NCBI GenBank assembly: GCA_051530055.1
Contig: CM121341.1
Location: 12,812,784 to 12,876,783 of the forward strand
Reading direction: 5' to 3'
DNA from: Neoechinorhynchus agilis
Taxonomy: Eukaryota > Animalia > Acanthocephala
Length of the DNA stretch: 64,000 nt
Shown: positions 26,303 to 38,306 of the stretch, piece after piece
Layout of the letters: each line of letters begins with the position of its first letter
How positions within the stretch are numbered: the stretch's first letter is position 1
Translations under genes and position numbers: made by a program
Notes under the pieces: generated by a model
What the model was told of the DNA's origin: nothing
Database searches by the model: none
What the model saw: only the letters and a program-made list of their open reading frames with translations

Positions 26303-27812
26303 AAAAATTCTGGACAAATTGAAAAATCGAAATATACACATCGATCGAAAGTTTATATAATTTTTATATGTTCTTTATCCTAAGGCAACATTCAGAGCAA
26401 TTCAGTCAGTCATATTTTTTCAAATTAAGCCGAATAAAAACTTTGAGTCCAGAGTGGAATGCCTAACTCTCTAAATCAACTTAAACGAATTTGAATAGAA
26501 GTATTATTATGGATGACTAAAACACACAATAGACAACTTTTCATTTAGAACAATTATTTACAATGAAAGTTTATGTTATAAATATATTTTAAGGTATATC
26601 TTCAAATCTGACGTCGACATCAATGCTCCTTCGCAAAAATGGATAAAACCAATAACTCGAGCAACCGAGTCCTGCTTTCACGGCCGACACTTTCACTTCT
26701 TTACTGTAATGCTTCGTTAGACCAACGGTAGCATGGGATTTCAACAAAAATTCTCTCCTGGATAGGAGATTCAAACTGAAATTCCTAAGTATTCTCTTGT
26801 TCAATGCCATAATAAAATTATTTTTCGACGCAACAAATTAGTTGCTCTGCGGTACATCAGTGACTCTTTGGTAGCTAATTCTCATCTCTCAAAACGGTTT
26901 CCATATCGGTTCCCAGTAACCATAAGTCGGAGTCGTTTTCCTCAAACGGTAAAGAACTTCATCTTGCTAAATCAAAGGGTGATGTTTTCCTCACAAAGTT
27001 TGGGCTTTTTTATTGACCATGTCAGACCCGTTTTCAGATTGGCCAGTATATTATAAAGTTACCATCACTAAAATATGGCTTGGGTTCGCCGGCGTCCCCC
27101 TGCGCGGTGTTGCGTTTCCCATTGATTTTTAATACATCGCTGGTAGAAAGTTTTAAGCTAACGTTTTGTTGTGTTGGACGCAGAGAATTGTAATGCATCC
27201 TTTTTAGATGACTAACAATAAACTAAGTTTTAACTGGCACTAAATTCACCACAATTTTAGCTTGACTATCCAAAACGATTTGGTTTATGTTTTAAAATGA
27301 GTTTATTTTTACAAAATTGTTTGTAGTTTAAATGCCGCCATCATACTAAAATGTTATATCGTCGTTTTTAGAATTTTCATAATATAATGGAGATATAAGA
27401 TCGTTGTGAACGATATAAATTAAGAAATGTTACAGTAATTTTCAAAAACAGTTGCGTAATACTATTGAGAAGCAATACCGAAATATGATTTGCGGATAAA
27501 TCATTCGGTGCATTAAATAATAGTTAATTATTGCTAATTATTAAAATTATAGGGCGCGCGAAACCCCTTAAAACCTTAGCCTTTATTGCTCAACGTTGCA
27601 CATTTTTGCTTGCAAGATAGAAATGCCCTTACCTTTTATCGCTGTGATTGGTTGAATCATTAATTAGTGGATTCCGCATTCGCTTTTATAGTTCCTTATG
27701 ATGAAAACTTCAATTATATGCAACATTCATCCGAAGAGTCCTCTTGATAATTTTTTGAGTGCTTTTACAAAAAAGTCCTTGTATTTACTTTATTCTAGAA
27801 ATTTTTTAGATA

Positions 27813-29915
27813 ATGAGCAACCCAAATAAAATTCCAAATATTTTAGCTAAAAAGCTTAAAATCGACAGACGATTTTTCGGAAGACTTATTGGACCACGTG
27901 GAGAAGTGGTCAATAGCCTCAAACGGGATTTCTGCGTCGACGTCCAAATTCCCCGAAAAAATGTCAATATGAATGAAATTACAATTTATGGTGAGCAATC
28001 ACAGGTTGAAAAGTGTGTTATGAAGATTAATGAAATTCTCGGATTTGTTAAGAAAGACGAGAACATTACGGTAATAAATGTCAGTAAAGATCTTCAACGT
28101 TTGGTGATCGGGCGTGGAGGACAAACCGTCCGTAAAATAAGACTAGAAAACAATGTTCAAGTTGAAGTTCCTGATTTTCAGTCTAATTCGACCGAAGTCA
28201 CCTTGCGCGGCACACAAGAAAATACAGCGAAAGCGAAGAAGGCGATTGAAGATATTCTGGCATCAGTCATCAGGGTAACGGTCCCTATCCCAGCGTTCAT
28301 ATGGAATGAATTTATAGAAAGAGGTCGTCTCAAAAGTCAATACCAATCAAAAGTTCCATGGGAGCTAAAGGTCATAGTGACCTTATCGCGCTCTTTGAAA
28401 TTATTTGGACCCAAGGAAGACGTTAATCAATTCAGAGATTTCCTCACTTCAAGCGTGAAGGAGCTTACATCCCAGAATGCATTAGAAATGTCCTTGGATG
28501 ACAGAATGCTTTACTATATGCGTTTCTTTGACCGAAGCGGTTTATTCAAGAAAGTCCACGAGGAACTAAAGGTCAATATTGATTGCAACAACAAAGACAA
28601 GATATTGCTTTGCGGACAAAATGCCAATATCGCTTTGCAAGAGATTAAAAAGGTTGCTGAAACCATGGGTCCCTGCGTTGAAAATCAAATAAACGCAAAG
28701 GAAGTTCGAGAAGCTGCAGCCTTTGCTGAATTCTTTGTAACGCAAATATATCTAAAGACTTTGAGAGAACAATACCGGGTCCTGGTAGGCCCTCTTCGTG
28801 AAAAAGACGGAAACTCTCTGGATCTAATCCGTGTGTACGGTACCAATGTTAACGTGGACATCGCATCCGTACGAATAAACAAAATCGTTGAAGATTGGAA
28901 GGAAGCGGTTCATATAGAAGTTCAGTTTCCACCTTCGTTGCTGAACGAAATTTATAGAAATATGAAATTTCATATATTGCCTATTATGTTCAATTTGGAC
29001 GTGTTAGTCAAACTCCCTTCCGATTTAAATCTTTCATTGACGGTCTTTGGAAAGAAGGAGAAGTGCTTGGAAGCAATAAGAGTGCTCAAAACGTCCATAA
29101 AAATCGTGAAGATTGTAAAAATTCCAGTTTGGTACCATGGGTACCTAATAGGTCGCGGTGGATCAAATCTTAAAAAGATTATTAGTCAAATTGTATCCAT
29201 TGATATTCGCTTTCCGAAAAGAAATGAGGGAGAAGATGTTGTTTTTATAGGAACTTTATCCGCCATTGAGGATGCAGAACGATTAATGGCCAAGTCACTT
29301 AATTTGACAGCAACTCAATGGAAAAATCCAAAGCAATTATCCAATCAAATTGATCGCTTGGTAGACGTTCAAATGAATCAGCGCTCAACAATCATCGGTA
29401 CTAATGGAGAAGCTATAAAAGCGTTAGAAGAAAGGTTCGACGTGGTGATTGTTGTTCCCGATGGAGACGCAGATCCAACGGATAATCAATTTATTGTTAG
29501 GGGCCTCAATATTGATCAATGCTCGAAAGCGGTCGACGAAATAAAAAAATTAATTGGAATCAATTCCGGCGACGAGCGCAAAGTTCCGAGTACGGCTAGT
29601 TGTATGATGGAAAATGTTGTGCCTCCTCGAATAATTCCAATGCTAATTGGAAAAAACCACCAAAAAATCAATGCCTTTGAAAAGCAATATAACGTAAACG
29701 TCAAATTTAGAGAAAAAGGCGAACCTCATCCTGAAATCGTACTTTTGTACGGCGAAACTTACGCTGAAGTAGAGAAGGCACTTAAGGCGATGGATAATAT
29801 AATTGACAGAACACTTAAATGGATCGATGAGAAATCAATGTCTCAACAAACCGAAGTTCCGGATATTTTAAACAAGGATGAATTTCCATCAATTAACAAA
29901 AGTTGTGAAGATTAA
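27813..29915 (+). CDS. Intronless multi-KH RNA-binding protein, vigilin/HDLBP-like (700 aa), copy 1
   Basis: KH GxxG loops (LIGPRG, VIGRGG, LIGRGG, IIGTNG, LIGKNH); C-terminal VPDILNKDEFPSI resembles the vigilin tail (PDxxxxEEFPS). Confidence 0.85.
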   Translation: MSNPNKIPNILAKKLKIDRRFFGRLIGPRGEVVNSLKRDFCVDVQIPRKNVNMNEITIYGEQSQVEKCVMKINEILGFVKKDENITVINVSKDLQRLVIGRGGQTVRKIRLENNVQVEVPDFQSNSTEVTLRGTQENTAKAKKAIEDILASVIRVTVPIPAFIWNEFIERGRLKSQYQSKVPWELKVIVTLSRSLKLFGPKEDVNQFRDFLTSSVKELTSQNALEMSLDDRMLYYMRFFDRSGLFKKVHEELKVNIDCNNKDKILLCGQNANIALQEIKKVAETMGPCVENQINAKEVREAAAFAEFFVTQIYLKTLREQYRVLVGPLREKDGNSLDLIRVYGTNVNVDIASVRINKIVEDWKEAVHIEVQFPPSLLNEIYRNMKFHILPIMFNLDVLVKLPSDLNLSLTVFGKKEKCLEAIRVLKTSIKIVKIVKIPVWYHGYLIGRGGSNLKKIISQIVSIDIRFPKRNEGEDVVFIGTLSAIEDAERLMAKSLNLTATQWKNPKQLSNQIDRLVDVQMNQRSTIIGTNGEAIKALEERFDVVIVVPDGDADPTDNQFIVRGLNIDQCSKAVDEIKKLIGINSGDERKVPSTASCMMENVVPPRIIPMLIGKNHQKINAFEKQYNVNVKFREKGEPHPEIVLLYGETYAEVEKALKAMDNIIDRTLKWIDEKSMSQQTEVPDILNKDEFPSINKSCED

Positions 29916-30802
29916 TTTGAGAGAGGAGTGGTTTATCAAGTCCACAATTTTCAATAATTTTTGTATTGTTGTTTTGCTTTAAAAATCGAATTTTTTTAAT
30001 ACGGTTTCAACATCTTGTTATTGATCGAACGCAGTTTGTACAACTTTTCCATTTCTCACTTCTTTGACGAACTCCGACATTTTTATAATTGTAGGACCTG
30101 CTTGTTTTATTGTTTGAATATTGAATTGTTCATGTTTTTTATATGGCGCAAAGTTAAATGAATTTCATAAAACCCGATATTTTGGCACAATCTCGTGACT
30201 TTGTCAAGGTCTAAAACACACATTGGTTAAATTCACGCTGTACTTAAGTACAGTTTTAAGTCCGTGTTATTCCCTTTAACTGTTTCAAACTGGCGAATGA
30301 ATATGGCCTTCATCATCACGCGATGCCATTTTGGATGCGCAAGCCGCTTTTAAATCGATGTCGATTAGAATCGGAGGAGATTATTTACATAGTGTTGAAC
30401 GACAATCAGGTATTTGGGTATGATTCCGCAATACTAATCGAGATAGAGGATAAACCAGAAAGCGAAAAATCGGAAGTGATATTCAAATCATTGTTCCTAG
30501 GCGCCATTTCGGAGGATTGTAAAAGCAAATAAACATTAAATATTCGGATATTATAATTATAATTTTATAGCTCAAAAACCTTAAATCTATTTTCAAGACA
30601 ATTTAATTGATTAATAAGCTGCGCGTTTCGCGCTTCAAAGCAGCTTCAATGAACACAACAAAATTGTATATCCTCTGCGATCTCCTTTAAGTCTGGAATT
30701 ACATTTATTTTTTTCAAAAAGTATTTTTAATTTAATTACCGCCATCATACTAAAAAGTTATATCGTCGTTTTTTAGAATTTTCGTAATAAAATGGGGATA
30801 TT

Positions 30803-32373
30803 TCCAATCGAGATAGTTTATCAATGTTAACCCAGTAAACGACTTTACAATCAGGAAAAACGACTACGCCATTAAATCCTTTCAGATAGACCAAAAGCAT
30901 GGAACTGAACTTTTTGTACCTGAATGTGCTCAAGAGTTTTTAAAATGTAAGGTTAAAGCAAAATGACCTCTTGATTTGTTGATTGACAGAAGGGAGGAGG
31001 TTAAATATTCCAATTATATGACACATTCTTCAGAACCTAACGCAGAGTAAATCGGTCAGTTTTTCCAAACTCTTCATTGTTCATCATCAGATGCGCCTTT
31101 CTGGATTACTCGGGATCGAACCCTTTACCGTTTTGCAAAGCAAGAGACTCCTGACATCGGACTTTGCAGACATTGTGGAGTTTAAATTTATTATAAATAT
31201 ACATAAAATAAATATTTATGTGACCAACTACCGAACGTCCACATATTCGCTTTAACTTCAGGACAAAAGTTCAAGACTATTGCTGAGTATTTCTCTTTTC
31301 AATATTTGTTTTATTGACCACTTGGTTAATAATAATGCCACCTACCAAATTTTCTTCATAAAAACAATTTTATTCGGTCTTCGTTCAAGGAAACAAGAAA
31401 AAAGCTATGCTTTTTGAACGAAAGCTTCGTTTTTATTTTATCATCTCGTCAAATATTTGTCCCCTAGTCGACATTCAAGAATTTCATCCAGCACAATGTA
31501 CTTATTTAAGAGAAGACGATGTTCTTCTTTTCTTTACAAAGGTAATTGGTTCGTCGCTGCGGCAAATCACATATCTTACATGGTCGATTGCCCTCCCGTT
31601 GAAGATATAAAGACACTGTAATTTCTTCAAACTCTCTTCCGATTAGACGAATTGCCGTTCAAAAAACGTTCAACCACGCTCTGTACTGCAATCTTGATTT
31701 TCCTTGATTCTACGGTGCCGTCATCATTCTTTAAAAGGTTAAACATTGGCAGTACTGTGCCGCCCAGCCTCTTTAAACTAAATGCACACATTGATGCACC
31801 GCTTGCAGCTCTGCCGATATCCTGAGGATCCAAATATCGGATATTTGCGGCATTCAGTGTCCTTATATCTCCAAATACAGCGTTGTCCTGAAATATTTGT
31901 TCGAGTGCTTGATAAGAAGTTGATAGACATTCGCAATGAGATTTCAAATTTTTCATCTGAAATACTTCGTGTACACTTTAGAAATAAAAATACGACTTAA
32001 TTACAAATTTCGATATTTTAAAGTAATTCGCCAACGTGACTTCGAAAAAACGTCTTTTATTTGCACTGAACCTCTACTTACAAGATTCCTAAGACCTGCC
32101 AGCAGGGGCTGCATGCCTGGATTATTCGATGTCTTGGATTTCTTGAAATTCAGGAATCGACATAAATAATGAAACTGACTGTTAGAGTTACTGCTTTCAA
32201 GGGATGGAAGTAAATATCCATTCAAACGAAATCGCGATAAACAAGTATCTTTAATGCAGGTTTCATTCTAAAATGCCTTTTACTCAATTATTCGTTTTTG
32301 ATTATGCAAGGGTCGGTTAAAACTCAAGGGAAACGCCGTTTAATATCTTCTTAGCCAAACAACGTTGAGTAAT
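30803..32373. repeat. Segmental duplication A, copy 2 (lacks the PLE insertion)
   Basis: Contiguous ATCGAGATAG..CATTAAATCCTTTCAGATAG across the site where copy 1 has the insertion. Confidence 0.9.
31627..32225 (-). CDS. Hypothetical protein, paralogue of 24209-24798
   Basis: 74-aa and 109-aa ORFs near-identical to copy 1. Confidence 0.4.
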
Positions 32374-33240
32374 CCGCATGACTTAAAGCATTGCATATTG
32401 TACGTTTAAATTGCTATGGTACTTTAAGAAACTCGCTTACCATAATTTCAAATTTAGCTACAATCTAAGGGAAGTATTTCGAAAAGGTTGATGCATTGAT
32501 AATCATTGAACCTGACTAAACTTTTACTTCATTGACCCATTCAATAATGCCATCCATGTTCTCAAACTGTTTGTTGAAATTTCGTCCAATGAGATCAGAT
32601 CTGCTTTTTCGCATGCTTAGAGAACGCTTGAACGCTTTTGGTATGAATCTCAGCTCTTCATCATTTACATCGACATTCCTCGCTACATGGATACAATTTA
32701 ACATGACGATATTTTTTAGTATCATTTTTTGTGAATTTTGCGGAATTTTTAGTCGTAAATTTTACGCCACGAACGTTCTAAAATTATCAATAAATGTTCG
32801 TGGAACAGATTAATTGGTAGAACCTGTTAATAATATATTTTTGTTCAGTTCTAAACGAATTATCCGAAGCGAATTTAAACATCTACATGAAAACCTTAAA
32901 GGTTACTTAATTTTATCTGGGACAAATTTTGTCGTCATTTATTTATAGATTTACATCAAAATAAATAGAAAGAATAAATATTCTTTTGAATAAAAGGTCC
33001 AAAGAACTTTATTTTAAACCATAAGATCATTCACACAACCGCTCTGGATCACTCAACTGCCGTCCTGGTGTAACGGTCGAAAGGACGGATGCCCCTGGGT
33101 TCTCGCTTTCAGAATCGCTTTTGATTTGTACTACTTCCTTCTTGTATTGCCGAAACAGCTCACCTGGCTCGACCCGCGGGCCTAACAACCCTAGGCACCC
33201 GAGTTCTGCCCAAGCTATACTCACCATGTACTATTCTAGA

Positions 33241-33276
33241 TACCTGAAGAGGTCTGCATGCAGACGAAAATTCGTA
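33241..33276 (+). ncRNA. Intact minimal type I hammerhead ribozyme motif (Penelope pLTR type)
   Basis: TAC-CTGAAGA-G-GTCTG CATG CAGAC-GAAA-AT-T-C-GTA, then CAAATAAA; all core residues present; predicted cut after 33273. Confidence 0.8.
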
Positions 33277-34448
33277 CAAATAAATCAGTCATCGGGGAGG
33301 TCAATAAGGTTGCGACTATCAATAAATACATTTGTATACAAAAAGAATTGAAAACTGCTCACTTCTTTAAAACAACGACGATTTGTTTAATAAACTCGAA
33401 CTAATTCTGAGATATGGATTACTTCTAAATACGATATCATGGGTGCGATTTATTCTCGTGTTTCGTCTTATGTTCCCGCTTCCGAATTTCTACTAAAGAG
33501 CAAAAAAAACGTTACTGATGATTCAACTAACAGATCAAAAACAATTTTACCAACCACAGCCAACTTACCTAAGAAAAAATTCTTCAAATCTCTGAACGAA
33601 TCTTAAAGAAGTACCAAAATCTATCTCCTGTAAATTCGAGTGCTCATGAGGAACCAAAGATACTTGGGTCCTTTTTTTTGTTAATTAACAAATAAACATG
33701 TTATTATTAATAACCAATTGTTCTCGACGTTCGATAATACAAAACAACATAGCGAAGAACGTGATAAAATTTAAAATTCAAGTGATTACAAGGACGAACC
33801 AAACAACATTGTACAAAACTTTCTTGGAAATATAGGTAAAAGTTAAAAATATTATTTCGCTCGACAAGCTGTCTTATGTTGAATACTTAAACCACATTTA
33901 CGAGAATATAACAGCAATAGAAAAGCAAAATGGTACCTTTGAAGAAATTGAGGACGAAGGGTTAACCGTAAATTTGGAAACAGTAGTTTAACAGATTATA
34001 ATTTTAGTTCTTCAACACAATCTCTTGGCAGCAATACTACTTTTCACTACAACATGTATATTGATGAATATTGTAAATGGCTGCTATGGCTTCTTGCTTA
34101 ATTTTTAAAGCAAAATTTAGGCGCATTCAATGAAACGTCGATTATACGGATATATTATTGTCGACTACATGAACTTTATATTAGTGCGTTTTCTAACTGC
34201 AAAACGCTTTAAGGCGATTTCGTTTTAGGTCGAAAGGGCAAAAATCTCCCTAGTGAAAGGAAATTCTTGATTTAGTAAACATCTGCGTAAGATATTGGAT
34301 TAGCTTATTGTCAAGTGATTTAGATAAACTAAAAGAAAACGCAACGTCTTGAACATAGAATTAAGACTTGAAATATTTAATCAGTATAAGATTATTCTTT
34401 TTACCATACACGGCTAAATTATGGGCACACAAGTGTACTAATACTACT

Positions 34449-34693
34449 AATGCCAGTTTGGGTCAACCGGTTCGAATCCGTTACCGCTTTTGACTCATAA
34501 CAAAAGGGGACGAAATACATATGAAGGAAGGAAACTAACTGATGAGTCCCACCTCCTGGAGGTATCTGGGGATCCAGAGGGACGTACAAACTCATAACCG
34601 TATATTTCGTAGTATTAAGTGATTTTATGCGCTTCCCGGGGCCTGATCAGTAGGTTATGTGCCCAAGGAAAATTATCAGCCGTGTGGCCACAC
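34449..34693 (+). mobile_element. tRNA-headed SINE-like element with hammerhead cores (duplicate of 26058-26302)
   Basis: Two substitutions seen versus the 26058 copy. Confidence 0.75.
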
Positions 34694-36203
34694 AAAAATT
34701 CTGGACAAATTGAAAAATCGAAATATACACATCGATCGAAAGTTTATATAATTTTTATATGTTCTTTATCCTAAGGCAACATTCAGAGCAATTCAGTCAG
34801 TCATATTTTTTCAAATTAAGCCGAATAAAAACTTTGAGTCCAGAGTGGAATGCCTAACTCTCTAAATCAACTTAAACGAATTTGAATAGAAGTATTATTA
34901 TGGATGACTAAAACACACAATAGACAACTTTTCATTTAGAACAATTATTTACAATGAAAGTTTATGTTATAAATATATTTTAAGGTATATCTTCAAATCT
35001 GACGTCGACATCAATGCTCCTTCGCAAAAATGGATAAAACCAATAACTCGAGCAACCGAGTCCTGCTTTCACGGCCGACACTTTCACTTCTTTACTGTAA
35101 TGCTTCGTTAGACCAACGGTAGCATGGGATTTCAACAAAAATTCTCTCCTGGATAGGAGATTCAAACTGAAATTCCTAAGTATTCTCTTGTTCAATGCCA
35201 TAATAAAATTATTTTTCGACGCAACAAATTAGTTGCTCTGCGGTACATCAGTGACTCTTTGGTAGCTAATTCTCATCTCTCAAAACGGTTTCCATATCGG
35301 TTCCCAGTAACCATAAGTCGGAGTCGTTTTCCTCAAACGGTAAAGAACTTCATCTTGCTAAATCAAAGGGTGATGTTTTCCTCACAAAGTTTGGGCTTTT
35401 TTATTGACCATGTCAGACCCGTTTTCAGATTGGCCAGTATATTATAAAGTTACCATCACTAAAATATGGCTTGGGTTCGCCGGCGTCCCCCTGCGCGGTG
35501 TTGCGTTTCCCATTGATTTTTAATACATCGCTGGTAGAAAGTTTTAAGCTAACGTTTTGTTGTGTTGGACGCAGAGAATTGTAATGCATCCTTTTTAGAT
35601 GACTAACAATAAACTAAGTTTTAACTGGCACTAAATTCACCACAATTTTAGCTTGACTATCCAAAACGATTTGGTTTATGTTTTAAAATGAGTTTATTTT
35701 TACAAAATTGTTTGTAGTTTAAATGCCGCCATCATACTAAAATGTTATATCGTCGTTTTTAGAATTTTCATAATATAATGGAGATATAAGATCGTTGTGA
35801 ACGATATAAATTAAGAAATGTTACAGTAATTTTCAAAAACAGTTGCGTAATACTATTGAGAAGCAATACCGAAATATGATTTGCGGATAAATCATTCGGT
35901 GCATTAAATAATAGTTAATTATTGCTAATTATTAAAATTATAGGGCGCGCGAAACCCCTTAAAACCTTAGCCTTTATTGCTCAACGTTGCACATTTTTGC
36001 TTGCAAGATAGAAATGCCCTTACCTTTTATCGCTGTGATTGGTTGAATCATTAATTAGTGGATTCCGCATTCGCTTTTATAGTTCCTTATGATGAAAACT
36101 TCAATTATATGCAACATTCATCCGAAGAGTCCTCTTGATAATTTTTTGAGTGCTTTTACAAAAAAGTCCTTGTATTTACTTTATTCTAGAAATTTTTTAG
36201 ATA

Positions 36204-38306
36204 ATGAGCAACCCAAATAAAATTCCAAATATTTTAGCTAAAAAGCTTAAAATCGACAGACGATTTTTCGGAAGACTTATTGGACCACGTGGAGAAGTGG
36301 TCAATAGCCTCAAACGGGATTTCTGCGTCGACGTCCAAATTCCCCGAAAAAATGTCAATATGAATGAAATTACAATTTATGGTGAGCAATCACAGGTTGA
36401 AAAGTGTGTTATGAAGATTAATGAAATTCTCGGATTCGTTAAGAAAGACGAGAACATTACGGTAATAAATGTCAGTAAAGATCTTCAACGTTTGGTGATC
36501 GGGCGTGGAGGACAAACCGTCCGTAAAATAAGACTAGAAAACAATGTTCAAGTTGAAGTTCCTGATTTTCAGTCTAATTCGACCGAAGTCACCTTGCGCG
36601 GCACACAAGAAAATACAGCGAAAGCGAAGAAGGCGATTGAAGATATTCTGGCATCAGTCATCAGGGTAACGGTCCCTATCCCAGCGTTCATATGGAATGA
36701 ATTTATAGAAAGAGGTCGTCTCAAAAGTCAATACCAATCAAAAGTTCCATGGGAGCTAAAGGTCATAGTGACCTTATCGCGCTCTTTGAAATTATTTGGA
36801 CCCAAGGAAGACGTTAATCAATTCAGAGATTTCCTCACTTCAAGCGTGAAGGAGCTTACATCCCAGAATGCATTAGAAATGTCCTTGGATGACAGAATGC
36901 TTTACTATATGCGTTTCTTTGACCGAAGCGGTTTATTCAAGAAAGTCCACGAGGAACTAAAGGTCAATATTGATTGCAACAACAAAGACAAGATATTGCT
37001 TTGCGGACAAAATGCCAATATCGCTTTGCAAGAGATTAAAAAGGTTGCTGAAACCATGGGTCCCTGCGTTGAAAATCAAATAAACGCAAAGGAAGTTCGA
37101 GAAGCTGCAGCCTTTGCTGAATTCTTTGTAACGCAAATATATCTAAAGACTTTGAGAGAACAATACCGGGTCCTGGTAGGCCCTCTTCGTGAAAAAGACG
37201 GAAACTCTCTGGATCTAATCCGTGTGTACGGTACCAATGTTAACGTGGACATCGCATCCGTACGAATAAACAAAATCGTTGAAGATTGGAAGGAAGCGGT
37301 TCATATAGAAGTTCAGTTTCCACCTTCGTTGCTGAACGAAATTTATAGAAATATGAAATTTCATATATTGCCTATTATGTTCAATTTGGACGTGTTAGTC
37401 AAACTCCCTTCCGATTTAAATCTTTCATTGACGGTCTTTGGAAAGAAGGAGAAGTGCTTGGAAGCAATAAGAGTGCTCAAAACGTCCATAAAAATCGTGA
37501 AGATTGTAAAAATTCCAGTTTGGTACCATGGGTACCTAATAGGTCGCGGTGGATCAAATCTTAAAAAGATTATTAATCAAATTGTATCCATTGATATTCG
37601 CTTTCCGAAAAGAAATGAGGGAGAAGATGTTGTTTTTATAGGAACTTTATCCGCCATTGAGGATGCAGAACGATTAATGGCCAAGTCACTTAATTTGACA
37701 GCAACTCAATGGAAAAATCCAAAGCAATTATCCAATCAAATTGATCGCTTGGTAGACGTTCAAATGAATCAGCGCTCAACAATCATCGGTACTAATGGAG
37801 AAGCTATAAAAGCGTTAGAAGAAAGGTTCGACGTGGTGATTGTTGTTCCCGATGGAGACGCAGATCCAACGGATAATCAATTTATTGTTAGGGGCCTCAA
37901 TATTGATCAATGCTCGAAAGCGGTCGACGAAATAAAAAAATTAATTGGAATCAATTCCGGCGACGAGCGCAAAGTTCCGAGTACGGCTAGTTGTATGATG
38001 GAAAATGTTGTGCCTCCTCGAATAATTCCAATGCTAATTGGAAAAAACCACCAAAAAATCAATGCCTTTGAAAAGCAATATAACGTAAACGTCAAATTTA
38101 GAGAAAAAGGCGAACCTCATCCTGAAATCGTACTTTTGTACGGCGAAACTTACGCTGAAGTAGAGAAGGCACTTAAGGCGATGGATAATATAATTGACAG
38201 AACACTTAAATGGACCGATGAGAAATCAATGTCTCAACAAACCGAAGTTCCGGATATTTTAAACAAGGATGAATTTCCATCAATTAACAAAAGTTGTGAA
38301 GATTAG
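36204..38306 (+). CDS. Intronless multi-KH vigilin-like protein (700 aa), copy 2
   Basis: Differs from copy 1 by two amino acids (IISQ/IINQ, WIDE/WTDE); stop codon TAG versus TAA. Confidence 0.85.
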   Translation: MSNPNKIPNILAKKLKIDRRFFGRLIGPRGEVVNSLKRDFCVDVQIPRKNVNMNEITIYGEQSQVEKCVMKINEILGFVKKDENITVINVSKDLQRLVIGRGGQTVRKIRLENNVQVEVPDFQSNSTEVTLRGTQENTAKAKKAIEDILASVIRVTVPIPAFIWNEFIERGRLKSQYQSKVPWELKVIVTLSRSLKLFGPKEDVNQFRDFLTSSVKELTSQNALEMSLDDRMLYYMRFFDRSGLFKKVHEELKVNIDCNNKDKILLCGQNANIALQEIKKVAETMGPCVENQINAKEVREAAAFAEFFVTQIYLKTLREQYRVLVGPLREKDGNSLDLIRVYGTNVNVDIASVRINKIVEDWKEAVHIEVQFPPSLLNEIYRNMKFHILPIMFNLDVLVKLPSDLNLSLTVFGKKEKCLEAIRVLKTSIKIVKIVKIPVWYHGYLIGRGGSNLKKIINQIVSIDIRFPKRNEGEDVVFIGTLSAIEDAERLMAKSLNLTATQWKNPKQLSNQIDRLVDVQMNQRSTIIGTNGEAIKALEERFDVVIVVPDGDADPTDNQFIVRGLNIDQCSKAVDEIKKLIGINSGDERKVPSTASCMMENVVPPRIIPMLIGKNHQKINAFEKQYNVNVKFREKGEPHPEIVLLYGETYAEVEKALKAMDNIIDRTLKWTDEKSMSQQTEVPDILNKDEFPSINKSCED

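Larger units (their letters stand above)
25227..30044. repeat. Segmental duplication B, copy 1 (4.8 kb)
   Basis: Colinear with 33618-38437 at an offset of 8391. Confidence 0.97.

Noticed and set aside
26589-27056. 73-aa and 62-aa ORFs repeated at 34980-35447
   Set aside because: Identity reflects the recent duplication rather than selection; no domain recognised
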